Below, piece after piece: positions 45,218 through 55,300 of a DNA stretch of 64,000 nt. The first letter of the stretch is position 1; the number at the start of each line of letters is the position of its first letter. Location of the stretch: NCBI GenBank assembly GCA_044376115.1, contig JBILLK010000011.1, positions 192,001 through 256,000 on the forward strand. The letters run 5' to 3'. Source of the DNA: Polyangiaceae bacterium (lineage in GTDB: Bacteria > Myxococcota_A > Polyangia > Polyangiales > Polyangiaceae). The position numbers and the translations under genes were made by a program. The notes beneath the pieces were generated by a model. That model saw nothing but the letters and a program-made list of their open reading frames with translations. It had not been told where the DNA came from and ran no database searches.

Positions 45218-47935
45218 ATGTCGAGCCAACGAACTGCCAAGGCGATCCGAGAGACCTTCCTCGACTTCTTCCGTGAACGCGGTCACGAGGTCGTGCCGAG
45301 CGCGCCGCTCGTGCCCCAGAACGACCCAACGTTGATGTTCGTCAACGCCGGCATGGTGCAGTTCAAAGACGTCTTCACCGGCAAAGACAAGCGCAACTAC
45401 AAGCGCGCCGCGTCGAGCCAGAAGTGCATTCGCATCAGCGGCAAACACAACGACTTGGAGAATGTCGGCGTGACCGCCCGCCACCACACCTTCTTCGAGA
45501 TGCTCGGCAACTTCAGCTTTGGGGACTATTTCAAAGAGGAGGCCATCGTCTCGGCTTGGGAGCTTTTGACGAAGGTGTACGAGCTCCCCAAAGATCGGCT
45601 CGTCATCACTGTCTTCCGCGGTGAAGAAGGCGTGCCCGCAGATGACGAGGCTGCGGAGATCTGGCGCAAGGTGACCGGCTTCGGAGATGACCGCATCTTG
45701 CGCTTGGGCAAGGAAGACAACTTCTGGTCGATGGGCGACACCGGCCCGTGTGGACCCTGCTCCGAGATCCATTTCTTCCACGGCAATGATCCGGACGTGA
45801 ATCGCTTCGGGGATGAACCTCGGATCGATGGCCTGGGTTGGACCGAGATTTGGAACAACGTCTTCATGCAGTTTGATCGGCCCGCCAAGGACGCGGCGCT
45901 CATCCCGCTTCCCGCCCCGTCGATCGATACCGGCATGGGGCTCGAGCGCATCGCCTGCGCCGTTCAGGGGGTGACCAGCAACTACGACACGGATCTGTTG
46001 CGCGGGCTGGTCGAGAAGGCCGCCTCGATCGCGAAGAAGAGCTACGGCGGCTCGCTCTCCGAAGACGACGTTTCGATGCGCGTGATCGCCGACCACGCCC
46101 GCACCACGGCCTTCCTGATGGCCGAGGGCATCATGCCCGAGCGCAACAAGCGCGAGTACATCCTGCGGCGGGTGATGCGTCGAGCGATCCGCCACGGCCA
46201 GCGCCTCGGCATCGATCGCCCCTTTTTGCACGAGGTCGCTCAAGAGGTCGTCGATCGCATGGGCGATACGTACCCTGAGCTGGTTGAGCGCAAAGAGCTG
46301 ATCGCGCGGGTGACCGAAGACGAGGAGGTTCGCTTCCGCATCACCTTGAAGCGCGGTCTCTCCATCCTCGATGAGCACTTCACCGGCCTGCGCGAGAAGG
46401 GCGCGACCGAGCTCACCCCGGAGGTCGCCGCTGACCTTTATTCGACCTACGGTTTCCCGCTCGATCTAACCGAGGTGATTTGTCGTGAAGGAGGCTTTGC
46501 TGTCGACGCCGAGGCCGCCAACAAGCTCGTCAAGGGTGTCGGCGGGGACGGACCGATCAACCCCGAGGACGCCCTGGACCCGGTGTACCACGCGCTGAAG
46601 CAGGATCTCCCGGCGACCCAGTTCACCGGCTATGAGCGCGAAGAAGGTGAGAGTCAGATCACCGCGCTAGTGCGGCTGGAGCAAGCGGGCGGTCGAACGA
46701 CACGCACGCGCGTGCAAACGGCTGAGGCCGGCACCGAGGTGGAGATTGTCACCGCGGTAACGCCTTTCTATTCGGAGAGTGGCGGCCAGGTTGGAGATCA
46801 GGGCTGGGTTCGCAAGGATGGCGCCGTGGTGCGGATCAGCGATACGCAGCGCCCGGTCCCCGGCCTCGTCGTGATGCGCGGTACCGTTGAATCGGGCAGC
46901 TTCGCCGTTGGAGACGGCGTGCAGCTCGAGGTGGACCACGCGCTACGAAGCGAGACGCGGCGCAATCACTCGGCCACGCATTTGCTGCATTGGGCGCTGA
47001 AGGTGGTGCTCGGTGAGCACGCGATGCAGAAGGGCTCGCGCGTCGGTCCCGACATCCTTCGTTTTGACTTCGCGCATAACCGCACGCTCACGTCCGAAGA
47101 GATCGCGCGGATCGAGGATCTCGTGAACGCGAAGATCCTGGAGAACGCGCCTGTGTTGACCCACGTACTGCCGATCGACGAGGCCAAGAAGCAAGGTGCC
47201 GTCGCGATCTTCGAGGAGAAATACGGGGATGTCGTGCGCATGTTGACGATGACCAAAGACTCGGTGGAGTTGTGCGGGGGCACCCATGCGCGCGCTCTCG
47301 GTGACATCGGGTTTTTCCGCATCGACTCTGACTCCAGCGTGGCGGCTGGCGTGAGGCGCGTCTTCGCTTCGACCGGAACCAACGCCATTCGCGAGGTGCG
47401 GAAGTCGGAGGATGAACTCTCGCGCGTGCGAGCCTTGGTCAAAGCCCAAGGGGGTGACTTGGTGGACAAGGTCTCGCGGTTGCTTCAGAGCGAGCGCGAG
47501 CTGAGTAAGAAGGTCGCTGAACTCAACCGCAAGATCCTCGAAGGCGGAGCTTCTGGCGGTGGCCTCGAGGGCATGCTCGAGGCTGCCGTGACGATCGATG
47601 AGGTTCGCTGTTTGGCGTCCCGGCTCCCTGATGGCACGCAGGTGGGCTCGCTGCGCGAGCTCGCCGAGAAGCTGCGTGACAAGCTCGGTGAACAGAGCGC
47701 CGTGTTGCTCGCGACGCACGTGGACGGCAAGGTTGCGTTCTGCGTGATGGTGTCGAAGGCCGCTACGGCGAAGCTCTCCGCCGGTTCAATCGCTAAGGAG
47801 ATCGCCAAGGTTGTCGGCGGCAACGGCGGCGGGCGCCCCGATATGGCGCAGGGCGGTGGTACGCAGGTTGGTGAGCTCGATCGTTCGCTGACCGTCTTCT
47901 TCGACGAGATCCGCAAGGCTCGCGGAGTGAACTGA
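45218..47935 (+). CDS. alaS: Alanyl-tRNA synthetase
   Basis: DPTLMFVNAGM, HHTFFEMLGNFSFGDYFK, DTGMGLER, NHSATH, ELCGGTH editing domain, GGGRPDMAQGG. Confidence 0.99.
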   Translation: MSSQRTAKAIRETFLDFFRERGHEVVPSAPLVPQNDPTLMFVNAGMVQFKDVFTGKDKRNYKRAASSQKCIRISGKHNDLENVGVTARHHTFFEMLGNFSFGDYFKEEAIVSAWELLTKVYELPKDRLVITVFRGEEGVPADDEAAEIWRKVTGFGDDRILRLGKEDNFWSMGDTGPCGPCSEIHFFHGNDPDVNRFGDEPRIDGLGWTEIWNNVFMQFDRPAKDAALIPLPAPSIDTGMGLERIACAVQGVTSNYDTDLLRGLVEKAASIAKKSYGGSLSEDDVSMRVIADHARTTAFLMAEGIMPERNKREYILRRVMRRAIRHGQRLGIDRPFLHEVAQEVVDRMGDTYPELVERKELIARVTEDEEVRFRITLKRGLSILDEHFTGLREKGATELTPEVAADLYSTYGFPLDLTEVICREGGFAVDAEAANKLVKGVGGDGPINPEDALDPVYHALKQDLPATQFTGYEREEGESQITALVRLEQAGGRTTRTRVQTAEAGTEVEIVTAVTPFYSESGGQVGDQGWVRKDGAVVRISDTQRPVPGLVVMRGTVESGSFAVGDGVQLEVDHALRSETRRNHSATHLLHWALKVVLGEHAMQKGSRVGPDILRFDFAHNRTLTSEEIARIEDLVNAKILENAPVLTHVLPIDEAKKQGAVAIFEEKYGDVVRMLTMTKDSVELCGGTHARALGDIGFFRIDSDSSVAAGVRRVFASTGTNAIREVRKSEDELSRVRALVKAQGGDLVDKVSRLLQSERELSKKVAELNRKILEGGASGGGLEGMLEAAVTIDEVRCLASRLPDGTQVGSLRELAEKLRDKLGEQSAVLLATHVDGKVAFCVMVSKAATAKLSAGSIAKEIAKVVGGNGGGRPDMAQGGGTQVGELDRSLTVFFDEIRKARGVN

Positions 47936-47972
47936 GCGGCGGAGTTCGCGCGCTGACCGTGCGCGGTCAGCG

Positions 47973-50720
47973 TCAGCGAAAGAGGATCAACGCCAGGGCG
48001 AGGCCAACGGCCGCAAAGGCCAAGCCCAGGCCGATTCCGATCAGCATGCCGGTCGACCCGGTGAGCGAGTCGATCTGTCCGACGAGGCCTGCCTTGGGGA
48101 TCGGCCGCCTTCGTGCGACCGTCGATTCGTTCCAGCCGCCAAGCGGAGCCAACGAGGGCGGGGAGCGCTCAGCACGTGAGGCGGCTGCCTTCGCCATCGT
48201 CTCTTGCGGGTTCATTCGCACCGTCGACTTCACTTCCGCTTGGCGGTGCTCGGCCTCCTCATTCATGCGGGCGGTTGCGGCCATCGCCCGCATACCGTCG
48301 GCGTCGTGGCTCGGTGGCGGCGCACCATGCGTTGGGTAGCCCTGCGGATACACCGATGGTTGAGCCTTCTGCGGGGGAAAGCCGTTATTCGCGAAGCCGG
48401 TGTTGCGGTCGAAGCCGGGGGAAGCTTGATGAGGATTGGCGTTGGGTTCACGCCCAGCAGCGTGTTGGGAGGGGTTTGCGCTGGGGGTCGCGGGAGTGTT
48501 TCCGGATGGCGCGTGCATCGGGGCTGCATGCATTGCGGGCGTGTGGCTTGGTGCGTTCTGTCCAGCCGCAGCCGTGGGCTGCAAACCTGGAGTTTGCATT
48601 CCTGGAGCTTGCATAGCCGAGGCCGCTGCATGCATGCCGGAGGCTGCCGGATGCATGCCGGAGGCCGGATGCATGCCCGAGCCCGCGAGATGCATGCCGG
48701 AAGCAGCGGGATTTACTCCTGAGCTCGCGAAGTTGATCGGCGCTGGTGCGGGGCTCGAGGCCTGATTGGGCGACGCAAGGGTGCTGCGCTGGCTAGGCTC
48801 GTCCATCACCAGCGTCTTCACGACGCTGGGGACCGACGCCACGCCCGGATCACGAATGAAGGTCGCAGGCTCATCGTCATCGACCTCGGAGGCGCCAGTG
48901 CCCGCGAAGACGTCGGTATCCGTGGTACTCGCAGCAAGCTTTGTTGGTTCGGTCCCGAGTGCGGCGTTCTCCGCTCGCAGCGCGATCCCTCCAACGTGTT
49001 GAAGCGCGGTCGGGGTCAACCCCGTCTCGGTGTTGGTGGGCGTTACCATGGGCGCGGCCCGCGCGGGCTCGCTGCTCGAGTTGGTCGTCCCTGTCCCAGC
49101 GCTCGAACGAGCGGTGGGTGAGCTCAAATTGAGTGGACGGCGATCGCGTGCGGGCAGGCCTGCTTTCGGCGTGGCGTCGACGGGCTTGGGGGCTGCATCA
49201 CTTGGGCGTCGCGTCAGTTCGGGGCGTGGCGCCGCCGAGCTGTTGCTCGTGCGCATCGGACTCGCCGCCGTTCGCGCAGGTGCCCCACGCTGCGCTGCGA
49301 GGGCGGGCTTCGCCGCTCCCACGGCAGGCTTTTCGGTTGTGCTCCGGCTACGGTCCACAGGCGCCGTGGGCGGTGCTGCGCTGCGCGGGGCTGCATTCGT
49401 GGGCAGGGTAGCCGCAGGATTCGTCGTCGAGGGAGCCGTCGTCGACGGCAACGCCGTCGACGGCATCTCGGTCGATGGCATCGCCGTCTCAGGCATGGTC
49501 GTGGAGGGGCCGTCTCCCTCCACCTTGTCTGCGGGGATCAGGAACGTGCGGGGCTCGTCGTCGTCGTCATCGTTGCGCGCGTCCTTCGCGCGGATGGCAG
49601 GCGCATCCCGCTTGGTCGAAAGCGGAAGCTCCGCAAGGTTTCTCTCCGTTTGAGATGGTTGTTCGGCACGGTTGAGCCGGACACCTCGAAGAGGCGTCGT
49701 GCCAAGCCCACCCGTGCCGCTCGTGATCGCCGGACTGCGTTCGCCGGCGGGCGCAGCCGAAATGCGCTTGGGGGCTTCCTTGCGAGCGCCTTCGGGCAAC
49801 ACGAGGTCTCCTCGGTCAGGAAGGCTAGGCAAGGCTGCATACAATTCGTCTCGGAGCTGTTCCGCCGTTTGTTGCCGCTCGCCGGGCCACTTGGCGAGTG
49901 CCTTCAAGATCGTTCGCTCGATCGCCGGCGCCAGTCCGCGACGCAACTCGCTTGGGTTGCGCGGCTGGGCGTGAATGTGCCGCATTGCTGTATGCAGCGG
50001 CGTTTCACCTGAGAAGGGAAGCTCGCCGGTGACGAGCTGATAGAGCAGTACTCCGCATGCGTAGATGTCGCTGCGACCGTCGATGTCTCCGCCGCGGCAC
50101 TGTTCCGGCGACATATAGGCCGGCGTTCCGACGATGGTCCCGACGCGCGTGAGAGCCGTCTTGGTAACGTAGGAAGGTGGGTCCTCCGAACCCGCGGCAC
50201 CCTTGCCAAGATCGAGAATCTTCGCGATACCAAAATCAAGGACCTTGGCTCGCTCCTTTCCGAGCTCTTGTGGCTCCGGAACCAGCAAGATGTTCTCGGG
50301 CTTCAAATCGCGGTGAACGATCCCTTTGGCGTGCGCCGCTGTGAGCGCGCTGCAAACCTGACTCAGGATCAGGGCTGCACGCGTCTGCCTCATCGGCCGC
50401 TCTTGGCTAAGGGCGCGCAGGAGGTCGATCCCGCTGGCCAGCTCCATCGAGATGAAGGCTTCCTCCCCCTGCACTCCCCACTCGAGGATCTCGATTACGT
50501 TGGGGTGGCGCAGATGGCTCGCCGCTTTGGCTTCGCGTTCGAACCGGCGCAGGACCATCGGATCTCGCGTGAGCTCGCGTTTCAGCAGCTTGAGCGCGAC
50601 AGCCACCTGTCGTTTCTCATCGAAGGCGGAGAACACGGTGGCCATGCCACCGCGTCCCAAGATCGTCTCGATGCGAAATCGCCCGAGAACGGTTCCACCG
50701 ATCTGGGCCTCCGGTTCCAT
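47973..50720 (-). CDS. Ser/Thr protein kinase with long low-complexity linker and C-terminal TM
   Basis: GRGGMATV, VALK, HRDLKPEN, DFG, GTPAYMSPEQ; hydrophobic C-terminus. Confidence 0.95.
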   Translation of the reverse strand: MEPEAQIGGTVLGRFRIETILGRGGMATVFSAFDEKRQVAVALKLLKRELTRDPMVLRRFEREAKAASHLRHPNVIEILEWGVQGEEAFISMELASGIDLLRALSQERPMRQTRAALILSQVCSALTAAHAKGIVHRDLKPENILLVPEPQELGKERAKVLDFGIAKILDLGKGAAGSEDPPSYVTKTALTRVGTIVGTPAYMSPEQCRGGDIDGRSDIYACGVLLYQLVTGELPFSGETPLHTAMRHIHAQPRNPSELRRGLAPAIERTILKALAKWPGERQQTAEQLRDELYAALPSLPDRGDLVLPEGARKEAPKRISAAPAGERSPAITSGTGGLGTTPLRGVRLNRAEQPSQTERNLAELPLSTKRDAPAIRAKDARNDDDDDEPRTFLIPADKVEGDGPSTTMPETAMPSTEMPSTALPSTTAPSTTNPAATLPTNAAPRSAAPPTAPVDRSRSTTEKPAVGAAKPALAAQRGAPARTAASPMRTSNSSAAPRPELTRRPSDAAPKPVDATPKAGLPARDRRPLNLSSPTARSSAGTGTTNSSSEPARAAPMVTPTNTETGLTPTALQHVGGIALRAENAALGTEPTKLAASTTDTDVFAGTGASEVDDDEPATFIRDPGVASVPSVVKTLVMDEPSQRSTLASPNQASSPAPAPINFASSGVNPAASGMHLAGSGMHPASGMHPAASGMHAAASAMQAPGMQTPGLQPTAAAGQNAPSHTPAMHAAPMHAPSGNTPATPSANPSQHAAGREPNANPHQASPGFDRNTGFANNGFPPQKAQPSVYPQGYPTHGAPPPSHDADGMRAMAATARMNEEAEHRQAEVKSTVRMNPQETMAKAAASRAERSPPSLAPLGGWNESTVARRRPIPKAGLVGQIDSLTGSTGMLIGIGLGLAFAAVGLALALILFR
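48590..48720 (-). repeat. Coding tandem repeat (SGMH units) in kinase linker
   Basis: Repeated GATGCATGCC(G/C)GA on + strand; AASGMHLAGSGMHPASGMHPAASGMH. Confidence 0.75.
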
Positions 50721-50935
50721 CGTGCCAACGTACAAAAGAGCTCGCACGAAGTCGAAGGAACAACCGGGGGCAAGGACGGTTGACCGAACCTTCGCTTGAC
50801 GCGGGGCAAAGCTCCTGTCACCTTGGCCACCGTCACTGAGGTGGGAGCCCGCGGCTTCCCGGTGGCGTATCGATCGCGAAATACCGGCTCTGTGCTTGGG
50901 TAACACCCGGCGGGCCGAGGGGAATTGGAACAGAA

Positions 50936-52624
50936 ATGACGTTCACAGATGCAGCTGTCGAGGTTTTGCGACAGGTAGGAAAGCCTCTCCACTACAAAGA
51001 GATCACCGACTTCGCCATTGAGCGGAACCTGCTTTCGGTGGTCGGAAAAAGTCCCGACGTAACCATGGGCGCGCGGCTCGCGGCGCTGATGAAGAAAGAG
51101 ACGCCGGACTGCCCGCTGGTTCGCGTTAAGCAGGGCGTCTACGCGCTGCGAGATTGGGACGAGAAGACGATTCGTGGTGAGGCCAAGAAGGCCAAGAAGG
51201 CACGCACCGACGCCGAGGAGCCCAGCGACGCTCCGGAAGACCTGGTTGCCGATGGCGCGGAGACCCCCGACGACGAGCCCGCTCCCGACTCAGCGCCGGC
51301 AGACGTCGTCACCACCGTGTCCGAGGACGATGACGACGAGGTGCTGATCCCGGTCGCACGGCCCGCCGCTGAGCCGTCGCAGAAGCGCGCCGTCGCTGCG
51401 CCCGCGCGGACGTCCAGCGATGAGGACGAGCCCCTCGTCGACGGTCCCGATGAGCGTTTTCGTCGAGAGATCCTCGCGAGCGCCGCTGACATGTTCGAGG
51501 AAGAGGACGACGACGACCAGCCCATCCTCGGTGGCAACGACGAACGTCCCGCGGAGGGCGCTGATTCGGCAGAAGGCCGTCGTCGCCGTCGCCGCCGTCG
51601 TCGCGGTCGGGGCGCAGCCGGAGACAACGGCGGGCTGCCCTCCTACACGGCGACCCCGGTTGACGCTGTGGCGGCTCCTCGGGTGGAGACCAACCACCGC
51701 GAGAACAACCGCGATCGCGACCGTGACCGTGACCGTGACCGTGACAGCCGCAACGAAGCGCGCGTCAACGAAGCGCCGCGGGTGGACCACCTGGCCGAGG
51801 GCGCTCCCGCCATCGACGACTTGGGCGGCAAGGATTTCGCCGACGCGATCGCGCAGATCCTCAACACCTTCGATCGCAATCTGGGACCGGTATCGTTGCG
51901 CCAGATCACTGAAACCGCGCAGCGTCGCGGCAAGGTGCTGGGCGATACGCAGCAGGTTCAGTCCATGGTCGCCGCCGCGGTTCGCGCGGACAATCACCGC
52001 CGAATTGCTGCAGGAAATCGGCCTCGCTTCCGCTTCACCGGCGGTCGGGTCGGCCTTACCGATTGGTCGCTCGCTCCCGAGCTACTGAACGCTGAAGCGG
52101 ACGCGATCGCTGCAATCGAGCGCTATCGCGAGGCCTCACGCCGGGCGTTTGCTCGGAAGATCGCTGAGCTGCCCGGGCACGCGTTCGTCGAGTTGTGCAT
52201 GATGGTTCTCGAGCGCGCTGGCGCATCGCAGATCCGCGCTGTTCGTCGCGCTGGGACTCCCGGCTTCGAGGCGCACTTTGCGGCCGTCCTCAAGACGCCC
52301 GCCGAAGACGTACGCTTGGCGGTGATCATTCGTCGTGACGGTCGCGAAGTCGGGCGGGAGCGCGTGACCGATCTACGCGGAGCTCTCCACCACTACGGTA
52401 ACGGGGCGGGAAGCGCGGCGACGATGGGTTGGCTGTTCACGAGTGGTCAGGTTCTCTCGGGCGCCCGGGAAGAGGCCGCCATGCCGAACGCCTCGCCGAT
52501 CAGCCTGACCGACGGTTTCGGGCTCGCAAAGCTTTGCGAAGAACTCGAGATCGCTGTGGTCAAGGCGCGTATGCCCATCGCCATTCCCGATATCGACCTG
52601 CTTGAGGCTCTGCGTGCCTCTTGA
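50936..52624 (+). CDS. HARE-HTH domain protein with C-terminal Mrr-like restriction endonuclease fold
   Basis: MTFTDAAVEVLRQVGKPLHYKEIT...GKSPDVTM; second HTH-like unit DFADAIAQIL; VGRERVTDLRGAL, GWLFTSG, A.EEA, ISLTDG. Confidence 0.8.
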   Translation: MTFTDAAVEVLRQVGKPLHYKEITDFAIERNLLSVVGKSPDVTMGARLAALMKKETPDCPLVRVKQGVYALRDWDEKTIRGEAKKAKKARTDAEEPSDAPEDLVADGAETPDDEPAPDSAPADVVTTVSEDDDDEVLIPVARPAAEPSQKRAVAAPARTSSDEDEPLVDGPDERFRREILASAADMFEEEDDDDQPILGGNDERPAEGADSAEGRRRRRRRRRGRGAAGDNGGLPSYTATPVDAVAAPRVETNHRENNRDRDRDRDRDRDSRNEARVNEAPRVDHLAEGAPAIDDLGGKDFADAIAQILNTFDRNLGPVSLRQITETAQRRGKVLGDTQQVQSMVAAAVRADNHRRIAAGNRPRFRFTGGRVGLTDWSLAPELLNAEADAIAAIERYREASRRAFARKIAELPGHAFVELCMMVLERAGASQIRAVRRAGTPGFEAHFAAVLKTPAEDVRLAVIIRRDGREVGRERVTDLRGALHHYGNGAGSAATMGWLFTSGQVLSGAREEAAMPNASPISLTDGFGLAKLCEELEIAVVKARMPIAIPDIDLLEALRAS

Positions 52625-53576
52625 GCAACGGCCCACCTTCTGGCGGGCTGCTGCTGCGCTGATCGCTGGTGTTGCCCTCGCGGGCTGCACCAGCGCTCCG
52701 CCGCGCTCTCAGTTTCCGGACGCCGATGCGGCGCTCGAGCGACTGCACGCAGGCTTCGCCTGCGTGGTCGGTGTGCAGGGCACATCGAAGGTGGACTTGG
52801 TCACGCAGCGCGGGAGGGTCAAAGGGGAAGTCCTCTTGTTCGCGGTCAACCCTTCGAGTGTTCGCTTCGACGTCGTAAGCCCGTTTGGGGCGATGATTTA
52901 TACGCTCACCGCGGATGGCAAAGACTACAAGCTGGCCGATCTCGAGCAGAAGACGTTCTTCTATGGGCCTGCAGACACTTGCAACCTGCAACGCTTCACT
53001 CAGGTCCCAGTGCCCCCCCACGCGCTCGTCTCGTTGTTGCGGGGAGAGGCGCCGGTGCTCACCCACACCAAGGAGGACGCGAGTCTTTCGTGGGAGAGCG
53101 ACGGCTACTACAAGCTCGTGATCCAGTCGAAACACCAGGCCACAGAGGAGATTCATCTCACGGTAGTGCCCGAGGATTTCGACAAAGAGTGGAGTCAACA
53201 ACGCGTGCGGTTGACCTACCTCAAGGTTTCGCAAGCCGGGGTGGGCCTTTACGAGGCCCGCATCAAAGACCACGAGAAGGCCGTCACCGCCAACCCTCGT
53301 GTCGACGAAGAAGGTCTCGAGCCCGACGTTCCGCCGAGCGGACCTGCGTGTTCGGCTGAGCTTCCGCGTACCATTCGCCTACTCGTGCCCGAGACCGAAG
53401 ACGACGTCATCTTCGAGTACAAGGACGCCAAGTGGAATCCACCCTTGATCGATGGCACCTTCACTCAGCCCGTCCCCGGCGGAATGCGGCAGCAGTACAC
53501 CTCCTGCGATGGCGAGATTCCGCCTGCGGCGAAGGCTCCAGAAGCGCCGCCTCCCGCCGAAACCCTCGCTGACTGA
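52602..53576 (+). CDS. Hypothetical lipoprotein (possible LolA/DUF4292-like fold)
   Basis: LAGC lipobox; VRFDVVSPFG...LTADG strand pattern. Confidence 0.65.
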   Translation: MRLCVPLEQRPTFWRAAAALIAGVALAGCTSAPPRSQFPDADAALERLHAGFACVVGVQGTSKVDLVTQRGRVKGEVLLFAVNPSSVRFDVVSPFGAMIYTLTADGKDYKLADLEQKTFFYGPADTCNLQRFTQVPVPPHALVSLLRGEAPVLTHTKEDASLSWESDGYYKLVIQSKHQATEEIHLTVVPEDFDKEWSQQRVRLTYLKVSQAGVGLYEARIKDHEKAVTANPRVDEEGLEPDVPPSGPACSAELPRTIRLLVPETEDDVIFEYKDAKWNPPLIDGTFTQPVPGGMRQQYTSCDGEIPPAAKAPEAPPPAETLAD

Positions 53577-53601
53577 AGGACGCGTCCGCTGGACGAGTCC
53601 T

Positions 53602-54585
53602 TCACGCGCTTTCGGGGCCTGGTTCCTGCGCGAGCAACGCGGCTACTTCGGAGAGCACGCGTCTTGCGTTGTCCAGGTCCCGTGCCACAAAGTTGATCGC
53701 GCCCACCGCTCGATGTCCGCCACCACCGTAACGTCGACACAGCGCGCCGATATCGTGTTTGCGCGGCATCTCCGCAAACGGGTTGTGCCCAATTCCGAGC
53801 TTGAGCTGCTCTTGCGTACGCAGCAGCGTTGCTGAGTAGCGGCAGCGCGGGAACGCAAGGTAGGTCGCAAACTTGCCGGCGACGCTCACTCCTTTGGCCG
53901 TGGTGAGGTCAACCACGGCGACCTCGCCTCTGAGCTGACCCGTCGCTTTGATTGCCGCGAGGAAGCGGGTCTTGTTGAGCGCAATGGCGTTGGCCTTGTC
54001 GACGATCTCGGGCAGCTTGGCGATCTCAACCAACGAGCGTTCAATCAACAGCGGGCACATCCGCGCGACAAAGGAGGTATCGGCGTGACGCTCTGCTACG
54101 TCGGCCAGCTGCAAACCAGGGGAGCGCGCAAAAAACGGCTCTTCAGCGTTGGCAAAGCTGGCTGAATCGACTTGATCGGCGAGCGTGATCAACTCCTCGT
54201 GCACGATCTCGAGGCCGTGCTGGCGAGCCGCGCGAACGATCAGTCCGGCGCAGCTTTTAGCCTCCGGATCGAAGTGAACCACCCGCTGGCCGGAGGCCGC
54301 TGATTCAAGCGCTGCTGCCTGCTCCGCTGCGTCGCGAAAGGCCGTTGCGTGGTGGTCGATGTAGTGGGTCAGCTTCGGGTGATCGGCGAAGCGGAAATCG
54401 AGCAAGGCGTTGACGTCGGCGTCGAACCACGCGCTCGGTAGGGTCTTGAGCTTTGGACTGTAGCCGCAGGTTCGGTATCGTCTGTTCGAGCGTTCTCCGG
54501 ACAAATCGAGCCAAATCGTAAAAAGGCTGGCGCTGATGAGGCCGTCGAGACAATAGCCGTGCGTAAGGATGTTGCTGGACTTCAC
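53602..54585 (-). CDS. DHH family phosphoesterase
   Basis: HGYCLDGLIS, LDF, YIDHH, GGGGHRAVG; start taken at GTG 54585 (alternative 54621). Confidence 0.85.
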   Translation of the reverse strand: MKSSNILTHGYCLDGLISASLFTIWLDLSGERSNRRYRTCGYSPKLKTLPSAWFDADVNALLDFRFADHPKLTHYIDHHATAFRDAAEQAAALESAASGQRVVHFDPEAKSCAGLIVRAARQHGLEIVHEELITLADQVDSASFANAEEPFFARSPGLQLADVAERHADTSFVARMCPLLIERSLVEIAKLPEIVDKANAIALNKTRFLAAIKATGQLRGEVAVVDLTTAKGVSVAGKFATYLAFPRCRYSATLLRTQEQLKLGIGHNPFAEMPRKHDIGALCRRYGGGGHRAVGAINFVARDLDNARRVLSEVAALLAQEPGPESA

Positions 54586-55300
54586 GAGACCCCGCCGAAC
54601 AAGCGCCCTTAGCACCGACATAGGTCGCTGGCTGCTTGCTTTCGTCGCGGGCTGTGCGCCCGAGGCTGCAGTTGCGCCCGTTTGGAGCGGCTATGCACCC
54701 GCGAAGGTCGTGTCGGAACCGTCCGCTCGCTTCAAGTCGGAGCTCCCCGCACGGCCGCGCCTCGAGAGCGTGGATGAAGGGGCTGCACCCGCGCTGCTTG
54801 CAGATTTGGAGCGCCCTCCCGTTGAGCTTGCTCCCATCGTATTGCCGGATTGTGCACCCGAACGAGCGGGCGATCTATGCACCCAGGGCCTTTCCCTAAC
54901 GACGGTCGCCTTGCTCAATACCTCTCGTTTGGAGGCTCGCGGCCACACCTTTCCCGGTGCCCTCTATCAGCGCGAGATGCTCGAAGGGGAGCGCGCTGAG
55001 CTGTCGTTGCGGGGCGAGGACGTGTGCCGAACGGTGATTGCCCACGCGGGTGGAGCGGTAATGGAAGTCGACGTGTTTCTGTCGGCGATGAAGGACGGAG
55101 AGCGCGTCCTGTTCGGTAAAGACCAGTGGAAGGGGCCGTCGGCGTTGGTCGGAGGGCGCGCAGGCTGTTTATCCGCCCCCGTAAACTCAACCGAGTTGCA
55201 GGCCATCGTGCGTGTGCGGAAGGGCCACGGGCTCGTGGTGTTGGGCGTTTACGAGCAGCGCACCAAGGCACCGGCGGATACGCTCAGCCCGGCGCCTTGA
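54569..55300 (+). CDS. Hypothetical lipoprotein
   Basis: LLAFVAGC lipobox-like; C-terminal beta-sandwich-like region (C.TVIAH...EVDVFL...VRVRKGHG); start uncertain. Confidence 0.55.
   Translation: MLLDFTRPRRTSALSTDIGRWLLAFVAGCAPEAAVAPVWSGYAPAKVVSEPSARFKSELPARPRLESVDEGAAPALLADLERPPVELAPIVLPDCAPERAGDLCTQGLSLTTVALLNTSRLEARGHTFPGALYQREMLEGERAELSLRGEDVCRTVIAHAGGAVMEVDVFLSAMKDGERVLFGKDQWKGPSALVGGRAGCLSAPVNSTELQAIVRVRKGHGLVVLGVYEQRTKAPADTLSPAP

Noticed and set aside
50936..52624. Active type IV restriction or defence island
   Set aside because: Catalytic motif appears degenerate and the neighbours are not defence genes
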